Shown piece by piece: positions 28,763 through 46,573 of a DNA stretch of 64,000 bases. This DNA comes from the human T2T-CHM13v2.0 reference genome, Homo sapiens. The position numbers were made by a program, and so were the translations under genes. Under the pieces are notes generated by a model. That model saw nothing but the letters and a program-made list of their open reading frames with translations. It had not been told where the DNA came from and made no database searches. The DNA lies in assembly GCF_009914755.1 (NCBI RefSeq), contig NC_060932.1, one strand, 5' to 3'. How positions within the stretch are numbered: the stretch's first letter is position 1; each line of letters starts with the position of its first letter.

Positions 28763-29178
28763 GTCTTAGCTTTTTCTGCTCCTATAACAGAATACCACAG
28801 ACTGGGTGGTGTTTTATAAATAAAAGAGATTTGTTTGGTTCATGGTTCTGGAGGTTGGAAAGTCAAAGGTTGAGGGGCCACATATGCTGAGTGCCTTCTT
28901 GCTGTGTTGTAACATGGCAGAAAGTATCACATGGTGATGACAGAGTGCATGAGAGGGTAAGAGCATGCAAGACAGAGAGAAAATGGGGCTGAACTTATCT
29001 TTTCATCAGAAGCCCATTCCCTTGATAACTAACCAACTCCCACAATCATGGCATTAATTTGTTTTGGAGGGCAGAGCCTTCATGACCTAATCACCTCTTA
29101 AAGATCCCACCTACTAACACCATCACAATAGCAATGAAATTTGAACATGAGTTTTGGAGGGGCATTCAAACCCTAGCA
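28763..29178 (-). mobile_element. MaLR solo LTR (MSTC/D-like)
   Basis: 'ataacagaataccacagactggg..' to 'attcaaaccctagca'. Confidence 0.85.
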
Positions 29179-30678
29179 CACGGCTTCTGAGACCCATCTA
29201 GGACTTTTGAATAAAGGGGAAGTTGTCAGGATTATTTTACAAAGGAAGAAAAAAATGTAAATGTTGATTTACATTTTGCTTGGTTCTAAATGAGTCCAGT
29301 AGTCTTTTCTGGGACTTTTAGGTCAGTGATGTTTAATACTTTATTTTATAATAAAATGAAGGAATTATCTGGAAGAATAGCAGGGAAAAGACAGAAGAAA
29401 TGGCGGGGGGCGGGGGTCGAGTGGCAAAGCATCTGCTGCAGTACAAGAAATGGACTTGACATATCTGGGACCTAAGAAAGTGTCTTGACTTCCTTGGCAC
29501 CTCACTCAGGCTTGCTCTTCCAGAACTTCTCTCTCCTCACCGGGTCAGAGTCTGGAAAAAGTTCTTTGTCTTCATTTGTCCCTCACATGAGTGATTCTCA
29601 CTGAATTTTCCTTAATCCGAGAAAAAATGGAAATTCTTCTAAGAACTGGAATAAGGACTCTTCATGGGAGAATGGCACTGACACACAGATTTTTAAAAAA
29701 TAGAAAACTATGAAGTCAGTGTTTTTCAGTCTTCTTTTCATCTCTCCATATTTTGTACCCCACAAGAGCCATGTTAGACATTTTCTTCCATGTCACTCCT
29801 TCCCCATTAGATGCTTTAATACCACAAGTATTCTGTACATCTGTTTAAGTTCAATGGCCCAATAAACCATTGTAATATCTACATTTTTGATCACCCCCTT
29901 AGACATAATTTTTCCCATGAAGGCATATTGCCCCACCGAGACTGCATGAGTTAAGTGAATATCTCCGCTTTCAATACGTTGTTATTAACGTGGAATAGTA
30001 AAGAGAACACTCAATTTATAATCACTCAATTGATAGAACACTCAATTTACAATCCTGTGGAGGATTAGAGTACCAACTCTATCCTGTACTCTGTTATTTT
30101 AGAAAAATTATTCAATTTACTTGAATGTCAATTTTTTCACATATAAAATAGGGTTAACCTTAAGATACTAAGCAAACAAACAAACAGAACAGAACAAATC
30201 TTATCTGCTTCCATCGTAGAGTTGTTGTGAGAGTGAGGTGACTTGTCCTGAGATAAGTCACCTTATCAAGTCCGAACTCACTACAAACGCCTCTAAGCTC
30301 TTTCTTCACAAGACTAGAGTCTTTGTATTATTAACATAGACTATGTTATTTCTCAAGTGTTTGCACAGTAGAAATAAGAATGTGGCCATGAGCTCTGCTG
30401 TTTCAGTTAAACAACCAACCAGATAAGTTTCTTTAGTGGAGACTCTGTCTAAGCATAAGGAACTCATGCTTTATGGAGGAAAAGGTCACAAAGGGAAATC
30501 TTGGAATATTTTCTTCTTAGAAACTCTAAAAACAATATCAAGCATTGCTTGACTTCAGTGAATTATTTTCAGTCAAGGACTGGATGAGGTGATGGTTAAT
30601 CATTTCTCTAACATTTAATTCATTGCTTTTCTATAAAGAACCTAATTATTAATAGGCAATCCAAGACTTTAATGTAAA

Positions 30679-31133
30679 TGTTGTCAACCTAAAGTAGGAA
30701 ACTGACACAAAATTAATATAGAGAGTTTATTTGGGCCAAGGTTGAGGACTGCAGCCCAGGAAACACTAGGAGATGCTCTGGAGAACAAAGGAGAGGCTTG
30801 AGTTTTTAAAGAAAAAAAGGACGAATCAGGAGGGGAGCAATTACAAAAGCTGTTTGCCAGAAATTCTCATTGCTTTACAGAAATAACATTGATTGGTGAT
30901 TGGCTATACATTGGTGAACGATAAGGTGTCAGTTATGGTTTCCAGGATGGGGCATTGTTAGGTTAATATACAGCTATGGGGGGTGACACTCTGTTTAGAG
31001 TCCATAAAGGAGACAGCTTTGAAATGATTACTTAGCTCAAAAGGGGGCGGGACATGATTCACATTTCCATGCCTCTTTGGGCTTGATAATTTAAAGGAGC
31101 CTCATCTTCCTCAGATAAGTTTCCTTTCTTTCT
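30679..31133 (-). mobile_element. ERV1 (MER4-group) solo LTR
   Basis: 'tgttgtcaacc..agtttatttgggccaaggttgaggactgcagccc' antisense LTR end with poly(A) signal. Confidence 0.7.
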
Positions 31134-31359
31134 GAATTATTATTTCTAACCCTAGCTTGTTAAGTCCAACATCTATATGTTGGTTTTATAATTAAATTAA
31201 ATGCATTTATTTTTCAACCCTTCACAACTCCTAAAATACACAGTTGGTTGAAAAATAGTAATACGTCTAACATTTATTGAGCACATGGTATATGCCAGGA
31301 CCTTGACTAGTGTTGGAGTCATGGTTTCCAATCCCTGTGGCAACCTGTAGCATTAATAT

Positions 31360-32277
31360 TATACACCCTATCAGTTACCCATTGAACAACAATCATTTTA
31401 TTTCCTTTCAATTCAGTGGGTCAGCAATTTGGTCTGAGCTTAGCTGGGCAGTTCTTCTGCTGATCTGGGTTGGGGTTGCTCATGTGACCTCAGTTCATGA
31501 TTGGGTTGCCTAGGGGCTAGTTTGATCTAGCAGGCCTTTTTTTCTGTTCCACATGGTCTCTCTTTCTCCAGTGCATCAGCCTGGGCTGGTTCTGTCAGCT
31601 GCAGCACTTCAAGAGGCCAAGCATAGAAGTGGCATTGTAACTAATGCCTGGCCACTTGTTGCCTGAAAACCAAAATTTCAAGGGACAAGCTTTGGTGAAA
31701 GGAAAGTTAGGTTTTTTCGAGAAGCCAGCAACTCAGGGGAGGCAGTGAACTAGCAGCGTTCAAACACCGGCTCTCCAACTTGTGTCTCTTGATCGGGGTT
31801 TTTTTAAGGAAAATTAGGAGAAATGATGATGAAAATATTCTTGTGAAATGTGTGCATTCTCAGGTGAGCAGTTAAACATTGCTTTCTTGGTCAATTTTTG
31901 TGGCCTTCTGAAGGTGCTGTCAGCCTGTTCTGATCTGCCCAGTCAGCCCTGTCCCAAAGTTGTTCGTTGGCATATTTTCTTTGATCTCTGTTGAAGGTTC
32001 TATTTTCCTGAGGTAGTTTTTAGTGAATATTCAACAAACTCAAGTAAAGCAATAATTATATTCAAGTAAGCAAGCTTTTACCTGACATGAAGTCAGTACC
32101 GTTATACAGCACAGCTTCCTGAGACCTAGACTCAGAAATCATGCATCACTTCCACAGCATTCTACTGGCCAACACACATGGTGAGGCCAGCCCAGATGCG
32201 GGGAGAGTGGAAATAGAGTCCACCTCTTGGTAGGAGGAGCTGCCAAGAATTTGTGGCCATTTAAAAACTACTACCTA
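31360..32277 (-). mobile_element. MLT1 LTR interrupted by a younger ERV LTR (~31636-32108)
   Basis: MLT1 motifs on both sides ('ttcagtgggtcagcaatttgg', 'gccagcccagat..ccacctcttggtaggaggagctg'). The inner LTR begins 'tgtaac'. Confidence 0.6.
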
Positions 32278-32464
32278 CACTATCACTGATGAGCAACGTG
32301 GGACTCAGGGATGATGTCAGATGTCCAAGATCTCACAGCCAGCAAAGAAGTAGCAGGGGTGAGCTGGGAACTGAAGATATTTCTGATTCCAAAGTCTACA
32401 CTGTTTTAACTACATAACATTGCATTCAATTTACTTTATACACATCTGAATTTCTCAAAGCCCT

Positions 32465-32861
32465 TGTTAGGGGCTTAATTGTGTCCCAACTGTGCTTCCC
32501 TTTCCCCAGCCAAACCCATGTGTTGAAATCCGAACCCGCACACTTCAGAATGTGATTATCTCTGGAGATAGGGCCTTCAAAGAGGTGATTAAGTGAAAAT
32601 GAACCATCCGGGTGGGCTGTAATCCAGTATGACCAGCATCCTTGTAAGAAGAGGAGATTGGGACACAGACAACATACAGAGGCATGTGAAGACAGAGGGA
32701 GAAGACGGCCATCTACAAGCCAAGGAGAGAGGCTTCAGAAGAAACCAACCCTGCGGACACGTTGATCTCAAATTTCTAGGCTCTGCAACTGTGAGAAAAT
32801 AAATTTCAGTTGTTTCAGTCACCCAGTGTGTGGTCTTTTGGCAGCTCTGGCAAACTAATAT
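32465..32861 (+). mobile_element. MLT1B-like MaLR solo LTR (TSD approx. gccct)
   Basis: 'gagaagacggccatctacaagccaaggagagaggcttcagaagaaaccaacc'. Confidence 0.88.
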
Positions 32862-33859
32862 GGCCCTACTATTTACCTTGGTTTATCTGATATTCATAAC
32901 AACTTTATAAGGCTGGTACTATTAATCTTATAAGACCACAAAAGTACTTAACCTTTATAAATACAAGTTTTATTTCCTCACCCTACCTCTTTATTGTGCT
33001 AAGTTGAAGACATTGAATGTAAAAAAAATTAATAGGAGATTTCTCAAAACCTTTATAAGATTAGGTACTATTGTTATTTTTTTAAAATATGATTTGACAC
33101 ACTGAAGAATCTATGTACCTTGCTCAGTAGGGTTGGTTAATGGTGGGGCCCCTTTAGAAACAAGGTTTTGTGACTCTTGGCACAATGTCTTCTCTACTAA
33201 AACAAGACTTACAGCTCACTTTTAACCTCCAACCCTTCTCTTAAGGATGTACTTGTTATTTCTGTTTTCTGCAAAAAACTGATAATTTGATAATTGGAAC
33301 ACACACCAACCTGTTTTTTTTTTTTCATTAGAAGTGCCAAGACTGTGCTGTTTATTACTATTATTTTTTTACATTCAATGTCTTCAACTTAGCACAATCG
33401 AGGGATAGGGTAAGGAAATAAAACTAGTACCAATTTTATACATGCAGTAACCCACACAGAAGAAAAAATTCTTATTGCTGAAATTTAAATGAGCTCTTAG
33501 TTTTAGAGATAAGTCAGACAATTATATTTGGGGTATCAACACTTCTCCCGGGTGTTGCTTGTATTGGATTATCTTACCATGGTGCAGTAAATCAGGCTAG
33601 CTCCAAAGGAGAGTGAAACTTTAGGCAGTGCTTGGCTCTCTGGCTTGACTCTGAGCTGAGGCTGGGTGCTGGGCCCACTCACGAATGGAAACTGCTGGGG
33701 GCAGGGCTGTCACAGAGCCTGCAGCTTTGGTACAGTCATCTCACCTCTTGCAAGCTGTAAAGAGATGCTCTATCTGCAAATTTGAACAGTAGGATGGGGA
33801 GTAGTTTCTGAAAAGAGCTTGGTGCTGCGGGTTTTTACTTTGTAGAAGGAGAAGGCAAT

Positions 33860-34085
33860 TGAGCACAGTGAACTTTAGACTTGCACAGACCTGTTATGGT
33901 CTCTGTTCTATCACTTCAAAAGTTTTCTGCCTTTGAGACTTTCACCAAATTAATCTCTCTAGTTCTCAGTTGCCTCATCTTCAATAAGGAATATACAATT
34001 CATAGAGGATTGTTGTGAGCAGTAAATAATTAACTACCATGTACAGTCCATGGCATTGAGTAGATGCTTATTACACAGTAACTAT
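33860..34085 (+). mobile_element. MIR SINE
   Basis: 'ctcagttgcctcatcttcaataagg..ggattgttgtgag' MIR core. Confidence 0.6.
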
Positions 34086-34292
34086 GAGTAGAAGTAAATT
34101 CAGTTGAATTTTACTTTCCATACATAGGTAGCTTATGTTGCCCTATGGAGCCAACTGTGATGTTATTTGTTCATTCATTTATTCAACAAATATTTGTGGT
34201 TCCACATCTCTTTGCTTTCTACTATGCTAGGTGCTGGGAATGCAGGAATACAGCAGACAGGGTATGTGGTTTCAGGAAATGTGAAGTCTCAT

Positions 34293-34463
34293 TTCCTAAC
34301 TACTCAAGATATAGTCTGAGGATCAGCAGCATTGATATCACCAAGGAGCTTGTTAAAAAGGCAGAAACTCAGATTCCGCCCCAGACCTACTGAATTCGAT
34401 CTGCATTTTAGCAAGTTCCTCCAGGTGATTTGTGAGCACATTGATGTTTGAGAAGTGTTGCTG
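34293..34463. mobile_element. MER5A hAT element
   Basis: 'ccccagacctactgaattcgatctgcattttagcaagttcctccaggtgatt'. Confidence 0.85.
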
Positions 34464-34986
34464 TACTGAACCTGAAGTCTGTGACATTTTACTTGATTTG
34501 GCACCTAAAAGTTTCTTGAAATAGTCTTTCCTTATAGAGGGTTTCAAATCTGAAACATAGAACTGAAAATGTAGAGATAACAAGCTAGAAAGGAAATAGT
34601 TTGGTTTTACGCACCTTAATCTAGCAGAAGGAAATCAAGGAAGACCTATAGGCCAAAGCATTAAAGAGAAAAATTTTAAAAGGTCATACGTATTCTAGGG
34701 ACCATAGTCTCTCTTGTCCCCTGTTTGCTCACTTGTGGAGGATATGGTGCAAGCTTTGACATTAACAACCCTGTTTTATCCCCACCATTGCCAGACTTAC
34801 TATATTTGTGGGATTATTGCTGAATGAATGATATAGTTAGAATACTTTTCATGCTGGACGTAGGAGGAGTGTTTGCTTGTTGAATGTGCCCATGCTTAGG
34901 TCCTCTTACAAGATTTTTTTCAATATGTGAATTAAGTCATAGGAAGAAGGCTCTCATATTTACCAAGAACACAAATCTGAGAGGGT

Positions 34987-35452
34987 GTGGCAGAGACAGC
35001 TAGTTGTCTCCTAGTACCTGTTTTGACCTCTTAATTAAAAATGGAATTATTCTTTTTAGCAGGAGACATAGCTACCTAGAAGTGAGATTGCAATTTCCAG
35101 CTTCCTTTGCTTCTGGGTATGGCCATGTGGCTAAGCTCTAACTCATAGTCTTGAGAAGGGTCACCTTAAATGGACTGCAGATGGCCTTATTGGCTTTTTC
35201 TGGCTTCCTGTTGGCTGGAAAACGAAAGTGATAGCTGGAGCTCTGGGCTTCATCTTGGACTATGAGGTGGAAGAGGTGTTTAGGATGATGGAACCTACTC
35301 AATGTGACCAGTGTACCTGATGATAACAGTTGTCACTCTAGTCCTAAAGTGTTTTCCTGTGATCTTCGTCCACATATGATAGAAATACATTTCTATTTTG
35401 TTTAAGTCATGGTATTTAAGTGTTGGATCAACCCTAATCCTAGCTAATCCAT
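34987..35452 (+). mobile_element. MLT1J-like MaLR LTR
   Basis: 'tttccagcttcctttgc..ggccatgtggctaag', 'catcttggactatgagg'. Confidence 0.7.
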
Positions 35453-35579
35453 ACTTACTTACATATTAAATAATGAAATCAAGATTTAAAATTCTTGATG
35501 GGCTGAGATAATGGTCCAAACTACTGTGAAATAAAATGGAACAAAATGTGGATATCAACATTTTTGTTTAAAAATATTA

Positions 35580-35930
<351 letters not shown>

Positions 35931-36217
35931 CTAAATCGTACTTTATACATAAAAGACACACGTGTTGTGGTGGGGGTGGGTGTAGGGAGGGAAGAGGTGG
36001 CCAACAAATTTCATGTGTGTAAACAGTGTAATGAGGCTGTTTAAAACAAATCCCATGTTAGCCTGAGTTAAATTTCATGAGGGAGGCGAAGACTTTCAGT
36101 TCTCTGCATTGGCACAGCACATCTGGAGTAGTGTGTTCCTTTCTGAGCTCCAGATTGTTCAGAGAGAGAGTGACAAAATAGAGAGTGTCTGAAAAGCAAA
36201 CAAGATAGCTAAGGGTC

Positions 36218-36594
36218 TCAGGTGGTTTGGATATTTGCCCCCCAAATCTCATTTTGAAATGTAATCCCGAATGTTGGAGGTGGGGCCTGCCAGGAGGGAT
36301 TTGGGTCATGGGGGCAGATCTCTCATGAATGGCTTGACGCTGTCCTCACAATAATGAATGAGTTCTTGCGGGATCTGGTTGTTTAAAGTGTGTGGCACCT
36401 CCCGTGCCCTCTTGCTCCCACTCTCACCATATGAAACGCCTGCTCTCCTTTTGCCTTCTGCCAGCAGCTGAGCAGATGCCGGGGTCAAGCTTCCCGTACA
36501 GCCTGCAGAACTGCGAGCCAATTAAACCTCTTTTCTTTATAAATTACCCAGTCTCAGGTATTCCCTTAGAGCAATGCAAGAATGGCCTACCACA
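36218..36594 (+). mobile_element. MSTA/MSTB solo LTR with TSD gggtc
   Basis: 'aattaaacctcttttctttataaattacccagtctcaggtatt'. gggtc at 36213-36217 and 36595-36599. Confidence 0.88.
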
Positions 36595-36624
36595 GGGTCT
36601 AACAAGCATATCACAGTCAAGAGA

Positions 36625-36835
36625 AGGAACTTTAGAGTATTAGCCTGGAGAGGGGATGACATATTGGAGGCATAGTAGTCACCTTCAAATATTCAAAGCA
36701 TTGTCACATGGAAGATGGAGTAATTGCTTTTTTGCCTTTCAGAGGGCATACTTACGACCAAAGGTCCTAGAGACAAAATTCTGCTCTATATAAGAAATAA
36801 TTTTTCAATAGCTAAAGCTGTCTCAAATGAGAATG
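36625..36835 (+). mobile_element. L3/CR1 LINE 3' relic
   Basis: 'agcctggagag..gtcaccttcaaatattcaaagcattgtcacatggaagatgga' resembles the CR1 3' end. Confidence 0.55.
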
Positions 36836-37884
36836 TGTGGCTTTGTTAAGTTTGATCATCATCAAATCATCACAAGTGCTCACCTGTATTTGGTGCATTC
36901 TATGGGGCAGCTGCTTTGATGTGTTACCTCATTTAATCCTCAGAAACCATGAGGTAGTCTCTATTTTTATCTGTTTTACAAATTTGGAAGTTGAGGCTTG
37001 GAAGCATCGAGTAACCTTCTCAACACCATCTGGCTGATGAAAGCCAGAGCCAGGCTTTGATCCTGGCTTCCCTGTGTCTCCCACCCATGGCTATGGTTTG
37101 GTGCAGGCTGGATACAAGGGGTGGGGGTTCAGCTGGTGGACTATAAAACAGATTCGTGAATTAAGCCACATACAGTAAAGTCTTCATTTCTTTATTTTGA
37201 AAGCATTTCCTTAACTCTAGTAATAGTAAGGCGACCATGTGGAACAGTAAGAAAAAAACCCACTAGGCTTGTCTAGGACCTTGGAGGTAAGAAGGGAAAA
37301 GCATGAAACACTTGGGGAAATGGGTCAGAACACCTACGTTTGAATCTTGAATCTTCTACTTCCTAACTGTATAGTTTGGAACAGGATATGTAGTCCGTGT
37401 GAACCTCAATTTCTTCATGAATAAAATCCACATAACTATACCCAACTTGCGAGATTATTGTGATAGTGAAAATAAAGTGATTAGCTCAGGGTCTGTTACA
37501 TGGAAGATGCCCAAAACTGGTAGTTAATTATCACTAGCAACTTACTGAGGTATGAGCTGAGGCAGGTATTAGTTACACCTTTTGGTTAGAAAAATTCAGA
37601 TACTGGCATTCCTCCAGCATTTAAGAGAGAGATTGAAGCTCATGCAGACTGCAAAATTTTTGTAATGTCTTATATCAGTACTTGTCTGGAAATCTAGAAT
37701 TTCATTCTTTTGGATGAGACATATATTGTAGGGAATGGGAAATGAAAACTTCCACTTCCCAGACCCACCCCAAATTAGAGTTCTGGATGTAATTTAGATT
37801 TTGCCTATCAGATGCACTCATGGAAGACTTGAATTAGTGAAAAAAATAAGGGAGGACAGAGATATAGAGGCAGTGACATGCAAG

Positions 37885-38531
37885 TGTTGGGAAAATATAA
37901 TTAAAAACAAAATCTCCTGCCAACCCAGAAAACCTCTCCTCAAAGGTGGAAGAGAAAGAAAATGGTTTTATTACTGAATAAGCATAAACCAGAATGCTGG
38001 GTGCATTACGGAAAACTGCTAAAGAGATTGCAAAGACAGAAAGACATCTCATCCTCTCGTATCACCAAACAGATACAACCCATTCTAGATATGTTCTCAA
38101 GATAAATAATAACTTGTGCTCAAGTAAGAGGACTTGCCAGCAACATTTATCACACAGAGTTGATCATAAATCCACCTGGCAGTTGGAGTAGCCACCTGTG
38201 TTTGCTCATTGCCTTTATCAAAAGGAAAAATAATTTTTTTACATCTTATGACATCTCAGTTTGCAACTTGAAGACAAGTGCCAGCTGAAGATAGGCTCCT
38301 ACCCTCCTACAGACTGGGAGATAGAGGCACTGTCTTCCTTGATGATGACATTTCAGAGCTGATTTCCAGGTCCTTGAGGATTTGTTCTTGGATTATAAAA
38401 TTCACAAGGGGCTTATTTAGCTTTTAAAAAGAGTCAAATGCATTTCAAAGAGGCAAATAAATTACAGGTTTTCTAAATGCCCTAAGAAGAGAGAAAAGGA
38501 GAAGTTACTTCCCTTGTTCTTGCTCCTCAAC
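37885..38531 (-). mobile_element. MER34/MER39-like ERV1 LTR nested in an older ERVL-type LTR (~37727-38635)
   Basis: 'tgttgggaaaatataattaaaaacaaaatctcctgccaacccagaaaacctctc'. Confidence 0.7.
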
Positions 38532-38768
38532 TTTTCCAGTGTGTTTTTCTTCACTTAATGCATTGTACTAAATCCCTGCCTTCCTAAGTACCTGGAGTGG
38601 TTTCTGTGCTCTACAACTGAACTGTGTCTAATACAAAATTGAATAAAAACGATTCACCTAATGAACCATGACTTTGTTTTAGACAAAATTTCTTTGTTAG
38701 TATAAGCAGAACTTGGTCCTCTAAATGATTTCGCTACTGAAATAAATATTCTAACAGGCATAGTTTTT

Positions 38769-39124
<356 letters not shown>

Positions 39125-40113
39125 TGAAATAGATGAGACTTAAGTGTATTTTTAATTAGTTGGAGAAACTTAAAAAGCAGATATCCTTGGCAGATATTTC
39201 ACTTTTTATTTTGTTTTTTCTTCTTTATTTAATAAAAGAAATGTAATTTTTAAGTAAGCTAGTTCAAAACAAATAAAATTTTAAAAGGGAAGAGATGTGG
39301 TTTATCTGGGATGATCCCATCCCCAAGTGTTAAGAGACAATACTGTTTCAAAAAGTCACATTCAATTCCTCTCATCCTTACAGGCAGATACTGGTCCTCT
39401 CATCAAGAGGTGAAGGCCAATTCTCTTCCCCTTGGATCTGCGCTAGCCTTGTTACTTTCATTAATCAACAGAATGTGGCAGAGGCGACTCTGTGCCAATA
39501 GTGGTCTAGCCTGAGGAGACCTAACAAATCACTATTTTGGAAGGCAGCCGCTGCTAAAAAAGGAAAAAAAAAGTCTATTTTGCTGAAGAAGTAGGCCACT
39601 TAGAAAGAGCCCCAGGGATGTGAGACTATGATAGCAGCAGAGAGGTAGACCAGCCATCCCCTAGCCATTCTAGTCACCCTGTGAGGTGCAAGATATTGCT
39701 AGGTATTTGCAACTGCTGGCCATTCCCTGAAAAACTGTTTACTGTCTCTCTTCATAGATAACTTTTACTCATCCTTCAGGCCTCACCTCAAGCATTATTA
39801 ATGGTAATATTTCTCAGAGAAGACAGGAGATGTGATCATTATTGCCCAAGTCATCTAGGGATCCTAGCCTGGAAGTGGGGTAGAGAGATGGGAGATTAAA
39901 ACCATTGTCCATATTTACACAGCACTTTTGCCCCCAAGTCCGTTGCACTTGCCATCTGTTTGCTCTGGTTGCTGCCTCTGCCTTTTGCAGGTATCTGTAC
40001 AATTCCAGTTTCTCGGTGGTCCCTTGATATGTCCATTCTCCACTGCCCACAGACTACGATGCTCCTGAATTCCCTTAGACCATCTAGTTCCACAGAGTTC
40101 CCACAGCCAAGCA

Positions 40114-41432
40114 TTTCTAAGATTTGTATAAATTTAAGGGGTATGAGTGCAATTTTGTTACATGGCTAGGTTGTACAGTGGAGAAGTCTGGGCTTTTAGT
40201 GTGTCCGTCACTGGAATAATGTACATTGTACCCACGAAATAATTTCTTATCACCCACCCTTCTTTCACCCTCCCACCCTTCTGAGGATCCAGTGCTTGTC
40301 ATTCTATACTCTATGTCCATGTGTACACATTATTTAGCTCCCACTTAAAAGTGAGAATATGTGGTATTTGACTTTCTGTTTATGAGTTGTTTCATTTAAA
40401 GTGTTGGCCTCCAGTTCCATCCATGTTACTGAAAAAGACATGGTTTCATTTTTTTAATGGCTGAATAGTATTCCATTGTGTACATATACCACATTTTCCT
40501 TATTCAATCATCCATTGATGGACATTTAGGTTGATTTCATATCTTTGCTATTGTGAATAGTGCTGTGATAAACATATGAGTGCAGGTATCTTTTTGATAT
40601 AATAATTTGTTTTCCTTTGGGTAGATACCCAATAGTGGGATTGCTGAGTCAAATGGTAGTTCCATTTTTAGTTCTTTGAGAAATCTCCATACTGTTTTCT
40701 CTCGGGGTTGTACTAATTTACATTCCCACTAACAGTATATCAGCATTCCCTGTTCTCCCTATCCATGACAACATCTGTTGTCTTTTGACTTTTTAGTAAT
40801 AGCCATTCTGACTGGTATAAGATGATACCTCATTGTGGTTTTAATTTGCATTTCTCTGATGATTTGTGATTTTCAACATTTTTTCATATGTGTGCTAGCC
40901 ATTTGTATGTCTTCTTTTGATAAATGTCTGTTCACATCCCTTACCCACTTTTTAATGGAGTTGTTGTTTTTGTTGTTGTTGCTGAGTTATCTGAGTTCCT
41001 TGTAAATTCTGGATGTTAGTCCCCGTTGGTTGCATACTTTGCAAATACTTTCTCCTATTCTGTAGGTTGTCTGTTCACTCTTTTGATTATTTCTTTTACT
41101 GTACAGAGGCTTTTTAGTTTAATTAAGTCCCATTTGTTATTTTTGTTTTTGTTGCTTGTGCTTTTGAGGTTTTAGTCATGAATTATTTCCTAGAACATCC
41201 AGAAGAAATTTCCCTACATTTTCCTTTAGTATTTTTATAGTTTCAGGTTTTACATTCAAGTCTTTCATCCATCTTGAGTTGATTTTTGCATATGATGAGA
41301 GATAGGAGTCCAGTTTTATTCTTCGGCATATGGCAATCCAATTTTCCCAGCACCGTTTATTGAAAAAGATGTCTTTTCCCCAGTGTATGTTTTTGTCAAC
41401 TTTGTCAAAGATCAGTTGGCTGTAGACATATG
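40114..41432 (-). mobile_element. L1PB4/L1MA1-type 5'-truncated LINE-1
   Basis: Antisense 3' UTR 'aaatttaaggggtatgagtgcaattttgttacatgg'. Putative TSD a(g/a)ccaagc on both sides. Confidence 0.88.
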
Positions 41433-41668
41433 AGAACCAAGCTTTTTTTTTTAATTTATTATTATTATACTTTAAGTTTTAGGGTACATGTGCACAATGT
41501 GCAGGTTAGTTACATATGTATATATGTGCCTTGCTGGTGCGCTGCACCCACTAACTCGTCATCTAGCATTAGGTATATCTCCCAATGCCATCCCTCCCCC
41601 CTCCCCCCACCCCACAACAGTCCCCAGAGTGTGATGTTCCCCTTCCTGTGTCCATGAGTTCTCATTGT

Positions 41669-45511
<3,843 letters not shown>

Positions 45512-45559
45512 TTATTTTGCTCGTTAGTTCATGCAGTTTCTTCCTAGTCTCGATGGCCT

Positions 45560-46573
45560 TTACATTTTGGCATGATTTTGCAGCGGCTGGTACCGGTTGT
45601 TCCTTTCCATGTTTAGCACTTCCTTCAGGAGCTCTTTTAGGGCAGGCCTGGTGGTGACAAAATCTCTCAGCATTTGCTTGTCTGTAAAGTATTTTATTTC
45701 TCCTTCACTTATGAAGCTTAGTTTGGCTGGATATGAAATTCTGGGTTGCAAATTCTTTTCTTTAAGAATGTTGAATATTGGCCCCCACTCTCTTCTGGCT
45801 TGTAGAGTTTCTGCCGAGAGATCCGCTGTTAGTCTGATGGGCTTCCCTTTGAGGGTAACCCGACCTTTCTCTCTGGCTGCCCTTAACATTTTTTCCTTCA
45901 TTTCAACTTTGGTGAATCTGACAATTATGTGTCTTGGAGTTGCTCTTCTCGAGGAGTATCTTTGTGGCGTTCTCTGTATTTCCTGAATCTGAACGTTGGC
46001 CTGCCTTGCTAGATTGGGGAAGTTCTCCTGGATAATATCCTGCAGTGTTTTCCAACTTGGTTCCATTCTCCCCATCACTTTCAGGTACACCAATCAGACG
46101 TAGATTTGGTCTTTTCACATAGTCCCATATTTCTTGGAGGCTTTGCTCGTTTCTTTTTATTCTTTTTTCTCTAAACTTCCCTTCTCGCTTCATTTCATTC
46201 ATTTCATCTTCCATCGCTGATACCCTTTCTTCCAGTTGATCGTGTCGGCTCCTGAGGCTTCTGCATTCTTCACATAGTTCTTGAGCCTTGGTTTTCAGCT
46301 CCATCAGCTCCTTTAAGCACTTCTCTGTATTGGTTATTCTAGTTATACATTCTTCTAAATTTTTTTCAAAGTTTTCAACTTCTTTACCTTTGGTTTGAAT
46401 GTCCTCCCGTAGCTCAGAGTAATTTGATCATCTGAAGCCTTCTTCTCTCAGCTCGTCAAAGTCATTCTCCATTCAGCTTTGTTCCATTGCTGGTGAGGAA
46501 CTGTGTTCCTTTGGAGGAGGAGAGGCGTTCTGCTTTTTAGAGTTTCCAGTTTTTCTGCTGTGTTTTTCCCCAT
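45560..46573 (-). pseudogene. L1 ORF1p (RNA-binding), frameshifted
   Basis: ATG at 46573. Frameshifts near codon 4 and near 46045. Ends ..RYQPLQNHAKM. Confidence 0.9.
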
